From Utricularia gibba (lineage: Eukaryota > Plantae > Magnoliophyta): 64,000 bases of DNA. This document shows, piece after piece, positions 1 through 13,484 of this stretch (positions within the stretch are counted from its first letter, which is position 1; every line of letters begins with the position of its first letter). Where the stretch lies: contig NEEC01000025.1 of the NCBI GenBank assembly GCA_002189035.1, positions 124,001 to 188,000 of the forward strand. Reading direction: 5' to 3'. A program made the translations under genes and the position numbers. The notes beneath the pieces were generated by a model. That model was not told the origin of the DNA. It did no database searches and saw only the letters and a list, made by a program, of their open reading frames with translations.

Positions 1-525
1 GACTGCCGAGCCGTTCTTTGCCGGAACGGCGAGGCAATGGATATGTCTCAAGATCACAGACCAAACTATGTAGCAGAAAGACAGCGTGTTGAGAAAATGG
101 GTGGTTTCATCGATGAAGGTTATCTCAATGGCATTCTTGCAGTTACTCGAGCTCTTGGTGATTGGGACGTGAAGTTGCCTCGAGGATCATTCTCACCTCT
201 CATTGCAGAACCAGAGTTTCGACAAACAATCCTCACAGAGGAGGACGAGTTCCTCATACTTGGTTGCGATGGGATCTGGGACGTGATGTCCAGCCAGCAA
301 GCAGTCACACTGGTTCGCCGTGGACTCAGACGGCACGATGACCCTGAGCAGTGCGCCAGGGACCTCGTCATGGAAGCTCTCCGGCTGAAAACATTCGACA
401 ACCTCACCGTGATCATTGTTTGTTTCACATCTTTCCAGCCCTACGGAAACCGGGCGAAGATTCGGCGTTGCACCCTTTCTGCCGAGGCTTTGAAGAGTTT
501 AAAGAGCTTCTTGGAGTCCAGTTGA
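1..525 (+). CDS. Protein phosphatase 2C, final exon (5' part outside window)
   Basis: Frame is open from base 1 ([12 protein letters not shown]...). Contains PP2C motifs [23 protein letters not shown] and DNLTVIIV; stop at 523-525. Confidence 0.93.
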   Translation, partial: DCRAVLCRNGEAMDMSQDHRPNYVAERQRVEKMGGFIDEGYLNGILAVTRALGDWDVKLPRGSFSPLIAEPEFRQTILTEEDEFLILGCDGIWDVMSSQQAVTLVRRGLRRHDDPEQCARDLVMEALRLKTFDNLTVIIVCFTSFQPYGNRAKIRRCTLSAEALKSLKSFLESS

Positions 526-1052
526 CTGAGCTGATCTTCGTGCTGCGTATGTGCTCCTCCACTTCTGTTTTACTTGCAGGAGGAAGCTCCCATCTTTGGG
601 CACAGTAACACACAATAAATCGCAGCACTTGTGAAGTAAGAAATTCTTTAGGCATTGAGGCACACCTGCTGTTGCTTACAGCGGTGGATGTACATATGTA
701 TTGGCTGCTGCTTGGCAGATGCAACAAATGTGCACTGAGTTGGATGATTATATTTATGTCTCCTGTGGCTACACAGTTCTGCTTTGTAATACTGATCAAA
801 CTTCAGTGTTGTAAAGTTTGACAAGAATACAACACAAATATCCACAATGACCTGCTTTGCCTTCCCTCTGTCTTCTAGAACTACCTGAAAGGGGTGGAGA
901 TGGGAAATCAGCCTCTGAGATAACATGATCTCAGTTCACAATCTCAATTCAAATGATGGCTTTATTGCTGATTTTCAGCAAACACCATCATTTAGACAAG
1001 AAGATGAGGGAGGCCACTTGGAGTTTCCTTCATCTCAAAATTGTGATGATCA

Positions 1053-2725
1053 TCAGAAGGGGAAGCCCTTGGTGATGTTCTTTTTGGAGGAATCAGCTAG
1101 CAGGCGAACACACTTTGCATTCTGGTAAGCCTTCGTCAACTCCTCAGCTACTCCATGGATATGGCACTTGATAAAGGCTGAGATGAAACGGTCATCCGAC
1201 ATCCTAAGTGCTCTCAAAAGAGATGGTCCTTTTATTCGAGGCTCCAGTCCCATGTCGTCAAGCAAGCAACCAATCTGAAATCGGGGTCTCAGTTGGCTCT
1301 CCAGATTTGAGTGCAGCAAAAACGGATGGCTAAGCACTACATGGACCGGTAGCTTCATGGTTCCAATGACGAAAGTCATGTTCCTCTGAACCTTATCAAC
1401 TGAGAGTGTCAGCACAACAGGAGAGCGCCCTATCAGATGAAATATCTCCTCTTCAGAGAGACCAAACTTCTCCAAGTTTGTAATCTTTTCACGGATTGTC
1501 TCCAGACGTGAGACAGCAAACAGGGAAACCACATGTTTGTACATCTTTGAGTCCACTGGAACACCTGTTTTCCGTATAAACTGCAGTTTCTCATCATCAA
1601 TACTGGATCTCGGAATCAGGGTTGGGCGAGTCAGGAGCACCTTGATCATGTCCGGTTTGGTGAACCCCAGAGACTCATACATGGAAATGACATCCTTCAG
1701 TTTTTCATGGAAATCATTAGTGAGGAGAGAAGGATTCCTCACCATGGCCTTGACAAGAACTTCTCTCGAACCAAATGTGTCTTCCAGGTATTGGAGGCGA
1801 TCTTTCAATGACAAATTAAACTTGGAGATAAGGAGACGAGGTCGACAATGAACCATCCTCACCAGCTGAGAAGAGTTGATACCCAAATAAGACAATACTT
1901 CAAGCTTCGACTGTAGCATACTGGTGCAGTATCTCCGAAGTGTAGGGCAGCGCTGGAAAATCTTGGAAATGTCACTATCGCTACATCCCCATTGTTTGAA
2001 AATCTCAGCTGCGTCCTTGGTTTTTGTTCCCTCATCCTGCAATTCTCCCCCCTCCTTGGGGGTATCTGCAGTGGTTGTATGGAAATGACTGCAGATCAGA
2101 ACGGATGCAAATGAAGTTCCCAAAGGAAGAAACTTGAGAGTATTAGAAATGACACCATTTGAAGCGTAGATGACCTGATTCAGACCCTGAAAACACCCAA
2201 AAAAGAAAACGGAAACTAGCCACTTGGGGGAGAGTTGACGACATAAACTCAGAAAAATCAACACAAGCAAACGCTCCCCACTACGCGTAATCGGATCATT
2301 CTCTGCCTAACCTAACTTCCATCGGAGTATGCTACGTGATAACACATTCCTAATTGATTTTCCCTCAACAATTCCATCACTAAGCCTCACATCGGACTCT
2401 CACAGTTCCAACAGGATGAATAAAACAGTATCTCAGCGCCCTAGGTAAGGTACCCCGATCCATCGAACGTAACAAGGAATCACAATCGCCCCAAATTAAA
2501 ATTGGGCACCATAGCGCCGACCGAATGCGAAAAAATTGAAATGAAATGAACCAGAGAAGTTACCTCACATAAAGAAGACACAAGTCGACAGCTGCACCGG
2601 CGACCGCGCCAAACCAAGACAGCGACATCCCTCCACAGGGACAACATTCTATGTTTTCGCCGACTGAACACCAGCGCCAAGCGGAGGGAAAAGGAGAGCC
2701 ATAGCAACAAAAAGCTTTGCCTCAT
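1053..2725 (-). CDS. mTERF-family protein, organelle-targeted (2 exons: 2725 or 2647..2564; 2186..1053)
   Basis: Repeated mTERF-like units (P-x-LL, LxxLG-x-S, SVDKVQRNMTF, LRPR). Phase-0 donor GAG|GTAACT at 2564 joins acceptor TTTTCAG|GGT near 2187; Arg/Ser-rich N-terminus resembles a transit peptide. Start ATG 2725 versus 2647 is uncertain. Confidence 0.88.
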
Positions 2726-3681
2726 TTGAGCTTCCGAACATATGGGCCGTACACCATCCCAAGCCCGTCTCTTTTATCACATGTGGGCCATGAAAAAGTT
2801 CACAATGCTTTGGGCCCATAGACACCAACAGCCCATTCAAATTGTTCATTTAGTTCAAGGGAAAAGAATAAAATGATTTAATTTTATTCAATCCTTTGTA
2901 TATGGCAGGTTCCAATTTTTATTTTTATTTTTTAAATACATTTTAAATAAATTTTTAGGTTTATTGTCAATATGATTCCAGTCCCAGATTCCCACTTCAA
3001 GAAATAGAAAGCCACCAGGTTATGACAACTCTACAAGCACACCAGTCTGAGACTGGTTTACATTGGCACTGGTTATTGGGCTTGGGGGAATGTCTGGAGA
3101 CCTTCTGGTGCTGTTTTTCATTTCCAAAAACTGCTACAATCTCATGCACCAATAATCTCAGTCATTTCCTCACCTTCTTCGAAAGAATTGAATCTAAATG
3201 GACGAACCCCAGTCCCCAATCCGGTGAACAATCTCCTCCCTAGACCAAAAGAACATCAGCTGTACATGGTGCAAGTTGTCAAGCTCCCTGGCTTGATAAC
3301 TGGTTCGTATTCTCTGCTGTGCAATGTGTTTCTCCCATAAGAAAGCAACGAAATTCCATTATAGGGAAGTAGTCAATCCCAATATTCAACAAGAAAGGCA
3401 TTTATGGGATATGGACTAACGCATCCGAACCCAGAGCTCTCTAGATCCAACTTTTAAAGATACGAGAAGCATGAAAAAGGACAGCATCAATTCGGGAATG
3501 TATACTATTTGCTGAAGGATACTTATGGTTTAGCAAATTTCAGGGGATAACAGGAATGGAGATTAACCCATGAAGGAAACTCCTCAGAAAGGTTACATGG
3601 AAAGCATGGATCAAGCAAATATCTAGTTTTTTTTTTGTGACAGAATACGAGAACTCTCAAGGAAAAGATACTGACTGCGTC

Positions 3682-4323
<642 letters not shown>

Positions 4324-4780
4324 TTAGGCGAATAACCAAGGACTAACCCCTTATTAATTATGATTTATTAAATAAAAAGTATTAATAAAATAAAATCCAA
4401 TAAATTAATTGAATTTGAAAAAAAAAACCCATTTATATACTCCATATCTTAGATTTATAACAATCAAAATATTAAACCATACCAATATGGCTTTAATGAT
4501 ACACATACGACGTCGTTTATTCATAAACTATGCTATGATGACTTTTGGATGTACATACAAGCAAAGTTTATACATATTTCACAACCGTGACTTTTTGACA
4601 TACTCACCTGCATCATTTATAGATAAATAATATTATTTTTGTGTGAAGTTATTGATCAAGATTCAACTCTTATTAATTACATTTTTTAATAAAATTAACA
4701 TTATTCGAAAATAATATTTATTACAGTGATCAGCATTCGAAAATAATCTTCTGATGCTCTCTGTTCAGAATCCATCCTCC

Positions 4781-6867
4781 TCATATGGTTTGAAGCGCAT
4801 CTGGCGTATCAGGACTCGTGTTTCTTGCTGAAGGCAACCCTGCAACCACGTCCTCTTCAATGCCACATTCATTTACTCCCCTCACAATTTTGAAGTATCC
4901 ATCCTGCGCCATGAACACTTGTGATTAATCTGTGTTGCTTCGGCTGAAGAAGAAGTTTATTTGACTGGGTGGGATGAAGAAGAGAAGACATACCTCGCCC
5001 CAGCTTCTGTTCCACTGGTTCGCCAAAAGCTGCACAGATGGAGAGAATGCAAGAGAGTCAGTAGAATCAGTGGGAAAAGATGTGGGGAGTTGGGGAAGTA
5101 CCCAGTAGTCTTGTCCTTCATCTGTTGTTCCCCAGCCAATGAGTTTAACTGCATGGCCTCCTATTTCATCTCCCACTACATGTCTATAGACTCCAGAAGT
5201 GTAGTAAGCAAAATCCTGTAGTTAAACAACACAAGGTTATATATATATTCCAGAAGAATCGCCCCAGGGGACAAGGAGCCACTTCTTCTTCTTGCCTGAT
5301 AAACTGTGAATGAAACTTCAACTGGGCCGTTGCTGAATATTTCTGCCATTATGCTGTGTGGATCTGACTGGATCCGGTAAGCGTTGACAGAGAAGTGTTT
5401 AGAGTTTTCCCAGAGCAAGTTCTGTGTGGTACACTTGTTTGGGCATGTGGGTGTGGGATACACAGGCTCGCACCCAGGGTGGGAGCAGCCTTGGGTGTCA
5501 AAGTAGGGATCACACTGCCAAACATGGAAGAAAGATTCTGAGCTTTGCCAATGGAGAAAAAATGGATGTTTTTCCATTCAAAATGCACCTGCTCAGTCAC
5601 AACACCAGTTTCGACAAAATACTGCCATGCCAGTATGGGGTAACCGCCATCACAACCATCGCCACAAGCATCACAGCATGCCACAAGATCATTTGCTGAG
5701 AGGGAAAGATTCTGCAGAACAGGGGAGACTCATTCATGTCGTAACATAAATTGTCACTAACTGAAATGGAGATTGGTTCATCTAGACCTGGCCAAACCGT
5801 ATGCAAAATCGATCAGATAGAGACTCTACTGCTGCAAAAGCCCAACAAGAACCACAATATCCCTAGAGATAGAAATGGTCTCTCACATCTGTTGAATCAT
5901 AAACAAGGGGAAGATGACTGTCTAAAAGGAAAAGGAGTAACCTGGTCTGTAGTTCCATGAGTTCCAGGGCATGGAAAACCGGTGGAGAATAAGAAAGAAA
6001 CCACAGTTAGAAGATGATAGTGAAAATCCATGCCAGTAAGCAACATAACACTGACCAAGTATCCTACTGATTGTACTACACTGTGGCCAAGCTTCCCGTG
6101 CATCAAAGTTTTTTGGCAAACTGATAGCTCTTCCATGAGAAACCACAGGTGCTAATATAGAGTTACCCTCTGGCAATGGCTTCACCCCAAGAAGACGCTT
6201 AAATTCACTAATCTGATATGAGGGCCAACTTGTTATCACCAGTTTATCAAATTTCAATACACATAGGGAGCACCTCTAGAGAAATCCAGGAGATCAATCT
6301 ATCGTGTGGTTTGCAAATCGGGGATTCATGGAAGCCTTCCATCCAGCTTCTGCATTCTGATTAATGAATTCGACTACAGAGTCCTGTATCAGAGTTTGAG
6401 ATTCATTTGCACCTTCTTAACATCATTATGTTGATCGGTTTAGTGGGCAAGAGATAGTTGCTAGAACAAACCTGGAGAACCATCTCTTCATGTTCTCTTA
6501 CAGGATCCGTTATCAGCTTGATTCCCTGCAAGAAAGAATCACAAAGTGAACAGAATGTTGACACATCCAAGACAAACAGCCCAAAAAGTAGCAACCGCTT
6601 CTAAGAGCAAGGTGTAGCAAGTATTGATGGAGCAGCACAGCGGCGAAAAACAAAGAGAAGCGCACAGGCGGCACTTGTATCCTCTGATGATAACGTTGAT
6701 AAAACTCAAGTGCGCCAATAGAACAAAGGATTGCGCAAAACCATAATCAAGAACAGAGAAATGGTGATCACGGAAAAGTTGGCAACCTGAGGACGAATCG
6801 CCAGCGCGTATTCGATCACAAGCAAGGGGATCAGCGTGTATAGACCAGCTCTCAAAATGGGCGCCAT
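4781..6867 (-). CDS. CathB: Cathepsin B-like cysteine protease (papain family C1A), 11 exons including a 5-nt microexon; one non-canonical donor
   Basis: Signal peptide [23 protein letters not shown] (exon 6867-6787); propeptide [25 protein letters not shown]; [14 protein letters not shown]; [11 protein letters not shown]; occluding-loop SHPGCEP; [11 protein letters not shown]; ANQWNRSWG; stop at 4781. Confidence 0.95.
5942..5946 (-). other. 5-nt microexon (ACCAG) of cathepsin B
   Basis: Minus strand reads ctacag|ACCAG|gttact. It is needed to join CTT G (phase 1) to GGA TAT TGT (phase 0), giving L-D-Q-G-Y-C-G-S-C-W. Confidence 0.88.
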
Positions 6868-7499
6868 TTTCGCCGATGTGCAGTGCTCCGCCGAGATGTT
6901 TCGACGAGAGCCCCAATGCTAGGACCTTGGGTGAAGACTGAAGAGAGATTGGTTTGCGTATACTCCTTTTAAGGGGGATATTGGCTGGTCAGACGACTTC
7001 CAGGCACGCAGTCCTAGAAGCATTGATGGTGGATAAGCGGCACAGCTTCCAAAACCAGCCTTCTGGGTGCGGAAAACAACTCCCAAAACGGCATCCCCCA
7101 AGGCCAAACCCCCCACCCTAACCCGTCATCAGTCAATGTTCTGGACACGCCCCATTCCAGAGATCAAGCTGTTTGAATTGATCCTCAAGAAAGATGATGC
7201 TTATGATTCAGGAAACTGATGATGGTAAACCTTTAGTTTCTTTCTTGTTTGCTTTTCATTTTCAGGAAATTGCTCTTGTTGTCAGATTGAATAGCTAGGC
7301 GCTGTGTTACTTTTCAAGAAAAATTTCCAACTCTGATCTCAGAGCTTCACCATAATCATCTTACTCAGAATAAAGAACACATTAAGGAAAACAAGTAGGA
7401 CAAAGTAGAGTTCTAAATGTCAGCGCAAGGACATCCATATTTCCTAGAACATGAATGCTGAAAGATGCAGTAGTTCTAGTGAATCTCTCTGTCAGGCCT

Positions 7500-8089
7500 T
7501 CAGGGGCACTTGGGCCCGCCCTCCTTGGTCTTCCAGTTGTTGTAGCAGGGGCAAACTTGCTTGTTGCCATAGGTGCCTGGTGGAACGCACAGACATTTGG
7601 CACAGCATTTCTGGCAGAAGAACATGCAAGGTTTCTTGAACGAGGTCTTGGAGCATCTGTTGGTGCATCTTGGCGCACATTCTGCACATTGTATGGAAGT
7701 TACACTTCTGATTCCAATAGAAACTAAAGACATTATTCTTCAATTCAAAATTGATGCACACCTTGAGGGTGGAGACTTCCCTCTCTGAACTCAAACTGCA
7801 TCTACAGACACCATGAAACATCATTAAAAAAATGCCCCCATTTGGATCTCAGAGATGAATCAAGACATAAGAAGCAAACATCGCACTAGTCAGACATTGG
7901 TGCTACTCACTTTAGGATCCAGTCTCTTATGATGCACAACTGAAGCTCCTACTTTCTCCCCCACAGCCTGAGAAAAGCACCCAACATCAATCCCCATGCT
8001 TTCATTCTCAAATTCAGCAGATCAAGGCTTACCAAAAGAAGGGACACAACCAAGAGAAGAGACAAGAAGAGGGCTGGCTTGTTCTCCAT
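7500..8089 (-). CDS. GASA/Snakin gibberellin-regulated cysteine-rich peptide (4 exons)
   Basis: Signal peptide MENKPALFLSLLLVVSLLL; C-terminal 12-Cys GASA domain CAPRCTNRCSKT...CQKCCAKCLCVPPGTYGNKQVCPCY...KCP; all GT-AG junctions in frame. Confidence 0.96.
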
Positions 8090-8432
8090 TCCCAGTGTGC
8101 ACTCCCCCCTGCGTTCTGAGCTATGAATGAAACTAACCCAATATATTTATAGAGGTAAAGATGAAAGGGCTTCAAGTTTTATGTCTCTACAAGTTGCTGC
8201 TACTCTGCCAAAGCACATGGCGGTTCATAAGCACGAGAAGTAACCTGCTTTTGGTGGAGTGGATGGAATTAAATGTGGGACAGAAACCCGAGTGCCCTGT
8301 CCTAGCAGAAAGGATCCCACACCATGTGCAATGAAGCATGAAGATGATGGAAAGGGTCATCTCCATGTGCCTCCCATACAGCTACAGGGATAATTACAGA
8401 ATGCATGGATCGAATCATATCTCCTTGCATAC

Positions 8433-8450
8433 TATATATATATATATATA
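8433..8450. repeat. (TA)9 microsatellite
   Basis: Direct reading of the sequence. Confidence 0.9.
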
Positions 8451-9196
8451 CTTCACATTCACAGCCACCGACATCCCTACATTTCATCCCCTCTTACACT
8501 GCACTATCATTCTTAAATCGAATTCGTAATTTCTTCGAGAGTTACGACGAAAATACGTTTCTATGATATTAGAATGTACCCAATGAAGATGCATATGTTT
8601 TTGCTGGCTGGGGTGGGATGAGAAACAAAAAAACTAGCAAAAGTAAGGATAAGGTTGCCACTTGCATATCCATTTGGCTTTTTGAGTAGTTATTTTTTTT
8701 AGTATTTTATTTTAAATTTTTAATTATATTTTAAAATTTTTGTAAAAATAAAAATTATAATTTAAATTTTTTAAACTCATTTTACTATTTTGATGATGAA
8801 GCTTAAGGAAGTAACCTGGAATAGCAACAAAACACCAAGAAATACTAAATATGGAATAAAAGGTCATTTTTTCCAATTAAATTAATTTGTTTAATCATTT
8901 GGGCTAAAGCCCAATTCTTGTTTTTGGGCTTTGATTCCGTATTTGCATTATCGAGGCCCGTTACCGTAGTAAAGGTTTTCATGAGAATACTTTATTGATA
9001 AAATTAATTAAAAAGTCATATATTATTTTCCGTATTCAAAAAATCCAATTTTTCTTTAAATTTAAAAATACTCTGTACAATTTTTCCGTAAAAATGATTA
9101 ATTTTTATAAATGAGAAGGTAAAATTATCGATGGTTGACCCCACATGGTGCAATACTTTTCCCAGATTAGAAACTCTGCCCATTCCCCTCCCCGTC

Positions 9197-9204
9197 TATA
9201 AATA
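9197..9204 (+). promoter_or_regulatory. TATA box of the bHLH gene
   Basis: TATAAATA about 50 nt upstream of ATG 9249. Confidence 0.6.
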
Positions 9205-9248
9205 TAGACAGGCGAGATGATGATTCGGTCTCCGGGAGATCTGATTCA

Positions 9249-10211
9249 ATGAACCCACCGCTGCTTCCATCTCCGATGGATGATGATTCCTTCTTTCTAA
9301 ACCATTTTTCCGGCGCTCCATCTTATCCCACTTCTGCTCCTTGCTGTTTTCCGGGTACTGGATACTACTTGACCCGCAAACCGTCTCTTGAGGAGGAGGC
9401 GCAGGAGCTCGCAGCGCTTTTCCATGGGGAAACTGTTTGCGAAGAGAAGAAGAGAAAAGGGGTCGTGGATTCAAGTCTGGAAGTCACTGCTCCTCCTTCC
9501 AACTCCACAAATGTGAGCCCCGCTTTCTTTGTGCAGTAAAAAGATGTATATTTGTCTTCCATTTCCAGATAATTTAAACCTAAAACCTACCTCAGCATTT
9601 CTAAGCGTCTGGCTTTTGATCATCTGATTTTTTTCAGGGCTTGAGAAGAGAAAAGAGAGGAAGAAGAGAGGATGAGAAACACAAGGACGTGGTTCATGTG
9701 AGAGCGAGGAGGGGTCAGGCAACCGACAGCCATAGCTTAGCTGAAAGAGTAAAGTTCCAAATAATTCAGCTCCTCCTTTTTCTTTACCGCTTCAGTTCGG
9801 CACATTCTAGATGTTCTTTTCTTTGTGATGATCAGGTGAGGAGAGGAAAAATCAATGAGCGTTTAAAGCTGTTGAAAGACATTGTTCCCGGCTGCTGCAA
9901 GGTAACCATCACCTGTTCCTTGACAGATGATTCCAGATCTTCCCCTCAGTCTCATTCATCCGCAAAATGTGAATAGAAACAGGGTACCGGAATGGTTGTA
10001 ATGCTGGACGAGACCATCAGCTATGTGCAGTCGTTGCGGAATCAGATCCAGGTACGCGAAACCAATACTGACTTCATTCCAAACAGATCGAACTATCAAA
10101 CTGAATCCCCTCTTTCAGTTCCTTTCCATGCAGCTGGCTGCAGCCAGTTCTCCGCAGTGCTTGCCCACTTGCTTCGGCTTGGAAGACCATCAGTTGCCGC
10201 CCAGCGAATGA
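9249..10211 (+). CDS. bHLH transcription factor, BEE/CIB-type subfamily (5 exons)
   Basis: [40 protein letters not shown]...[23 protein letters not shown], assembled through canonical GT-AG sites. Confidence 0.92.
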
Positions 10212-10615
10212 ACAGTGGGCTCCAGCTTTGCATTTTTTCGTTCTTCTTCTAAGAAAGAAGGATTGCTGTAAACTAAATGTGTTTCAGAGTCCACGCCCGT
10301 GCTTAAGAAATCAAGTAGTACCTTATTTAAACCGACCCGACCCGACACCTGGAGACTGTAGGAAGATTTGGAATTATGAAATATACAAAGACTCAATTTT
10401 TATTAGAAATACTAATAATAATAAAATTTATCTCCTAGAATGTTCTAAGTGTTGAATTTGGAAACCCTAAAAATATGGATCATGTATAAGTAGAAGATAA
10501 TTACTACAAACTCAAATCCCCACACAAAAATGTGGTGTCCTGAATAGTGTAAGGTATAATAATTTAATTAATGATGGAATTTTAAATGTAAGTATGTGAT
10601 GTATTTTAATTTTAA

Positions 10616-10630
10616 GTGTGTGTGTGTGTG
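10616..10630. repeat. (GT)n microsatellite
   Basis: Direct reading of the sequence. Confidence 0.85.
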
Positions 10631-13289
10631 GTGTTGCCCTAAACAAAATTTCACCAACTTTCCATGGTATTATTTTGCGAAACCATATGTTAATTTTAGA
10701 TATAGGATGCCCTACTAGATCAAATATATAATATATTATGAATCATTATTAATCGATTATGAATATTATCTACGTTTATTATTTACTTCCAACTTTCACA
10801 TAATCATGTTAGATCTTTAATTTCGATATGGTATCTTTCCAAATGGTGTGGGGGTGACACAAGGATGATTGGGGATGGGATGGCAGTTGTGGATAGGGGG
10901 CAGTGATGGGGTTGCAGCCCCCATAACCCAGTCCCAGTGAGAGGGGGCGTGCCCTTCCTCCCCTCAGGTTGTCCCAAGGAGCTACCAAAAAGCCAAGGCC
11001 AAAAGGCACCAAACCATGGGCTCGTCTTCTTTCCCCTGCAGACCGTACCACAGATTCAACACCACTCCCATTGCTCCACATAATCAGCTTTCCAGATGAT
11101 GCAAAACTGCTGCTGCTGCTGCTGTCTGGGGTTCATAGAATTCATCCACATGCCCAAACCCTCGTGACACTTATCGTCTTTTACCTCTAGACTTGATCAT
11201 GGAAGTGGAATATTCTGATTAGGGTTTTCCCTCTCTCCATTACATTCGAATATGTAAGAAGCAACAAACCATAATAAATCCATATTAATCATGAATTTAG
11301 AACAATGCTCCTGTGTTTTTTTCCTACCTACAACATTCCATTCCAGTCAACGCGTGGCAGCCGCCGACGCGCATGTCGGAGACGCGCCTCCGCCACTCGT
11401 TTCTTATCATCTCGACGGGTTCACTGTTGCGAAAGGGCCTTCGAAACGTGGGTGCCTGGCCTGGCGGCCAGTAACAGAACAGTGCTTCCATTGAATGCAA
11501 CATGGCGCCCACTTGGCAATCAGCGTTGCCACTCTGAGAAGATGCTGTGATTTTCACCACCAATTCCTGATAAATGAACAAGCCCTGGCGTCCCCTCTTG
11601 CTTCCGCGCAGCGGTTGCTGCCGGAATAGGGAACACTGACCGCGACTGAGCTTGTCGACCGGCAAACGGGTAGAAGGGAATGAATGAGATGATAGATAGG
11701 CCTCTCATCTGTCCTCTCCCATATCACACTCTCACCCAATTGGTTGAAATTGTGAATGTAGCTGAAGGTTAATTATACCAATCATAAAACATTATGTCAA
11801 ATCAATTATTAATAATCTGTAATTTCTTATATAATTTGATTATTTTATTTTTAAATATTCATATGATATTCATTGTTCTAGTAGTTTTTTTATTTAATAT
11901 CAATATCATAAAATACCATTGATTTATGTTCTAAAAAAATTAAAAATCTCATATTCTAATTTTTCAAAAAATACTTGAAGAAATTGGTCCGGCCCAAAAC
12001 AACGCCTTCGGCGAGTTGGGCATTAGATACCCAGCCCAGATGTGGTCAAGATCAATGGGCCTATAGGCCCATTTTCTTGTCTACTTAAGGGTTTGATGCA
12101 CAAAAAAAACACTAGATAATAGGTTCTAAAATAATAATTTATTAATTTTTTGGGGTACAGAAATATGATAAAAGTTATTTTTATAGTGAATGATGCGTAA
12201 TCCAAAACGAATTTTTAAAACATTGGGTAAGAACAAGTATTTCACTAAATTTGGATGTTGTGTGGGTAGTTGGGCAAGCACAAAACCAAGCAACACACAT
12301 GTGTGACACATGTCATTATTTTGAATGATTTGTGTGTGTGTGATGAGGATCACGTGACAACCGACGTGAGCCTCGTGGTAATACGCGGAGAATGGTGAGT
12401 CAGGATCAGGTGGAAAGGCGCGCACCCATTGGCAATGAGCTGTCAAGACTACCGACCTTCTGCCACGTGGTTACCCCTCTACGGACTGGGGGGGGGGGAC
12501 CACACCTCCACGCGCACACACCTTTCCCCCATTTCTCGTTTATTTAACGTATATAACTACGAATCTTAATAATTTAAACTTTGGGATTAGATAAAAATGA
12601 TTAATTTACATGAATTTAAATAAAATATCCATGATTAAGTACATGTGTGAAATTGGACACAATCATCTCAATTAGGTATTTATTTAAATTGCGAATAAAT
12701 TATAATTATTAATAATTAATTTCTGGTTATATTTAAAACCATTCGAGATTTCTGTTACGGCGATAGCGACAGGTGAGGTTTTGAATACGGGGGGCATTTA
12801 ATGCGGACGTTACCCAGGTCAAAGGCCCTGCACTTGACCGCCTCGCCCAATCAATTTCCCACTACGAATATTTTTCAAAATTATTAACATACAATTTAAA
12901 TAGAATTATTTTCATTTTTATTTAAAAAAATGTCATTTGGTGGGTAGTCTACCCACGTGTTTGATTTGTATAGTAAATAAAAAGGGGGAAATTAATAATA
13001 TTTATTTAATTGTTGCATTTACTGAGACGAGAAGCAAGTAAAAAGGAAGAGGAGGAAATTGAAGGCAATCAGGTGAGAGTGGAAATGCGTACGGTGTGGG
13101 CTGCTGCAGTTGCGGAGCTGGCAACCAGAAGAAGAGCTGGGAATGAGCGGATCACAGCTGGCGTCGAACACCCCCAAACGACGCCGCTTTGTCCCCCTAC
13201 CCCCCCCCCTCACATTAAATCAAATTCCTAAAAATTTCACATTTAAAAAATCTTCATAAATTTTGGTAACGCCCTCCCCCAATACCTTA

Positions 13290-13484
13290 GGCTTTGTTTG
13301 GATGGTATGTTTAGATGTTTGTGAATTTAAATTATTTGAATTTAGATAAATCCAAATATGTAGATATAAAAATACCAATACCCTCCATAATTATATATAT
13401 ACTCATATATGAAGTTATTATATGAGTATAATGATGGTTATATATATGTAATTAATATAATTATACTTACATACCAAACAATGC
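13290..13484. mobile_element. Degenerate Tourist/PIF-Harbinger-like MITE (~195 bp)
   Basis: Left end GGCTTTGTTTGGATGGTATG after TTA; right end CATACCAAACAATGC is an imperfect inverted copy; AT-rich interior. The right-hand TSD is not clean. Confidence 0.5.

Noticed and set aside
6293-6302. Cathepsin B AT donor as a U12 AT-AC intron
   Set aside because: ATAGATTG does not match ATATCCTT, the intron ends in AG, and I found no TCCTTAAC branch site.
6900-7380. Possible divergent spliced transcript upstream of cathepsin B (GTAAAC at 7225, TTTCAG at 7265; short ORFs)
   Set aside because: The apparent intron is only 41 nt, no ORF is recognisable, and the region must hold the cathepsin B promoter and the GASA 3' end.
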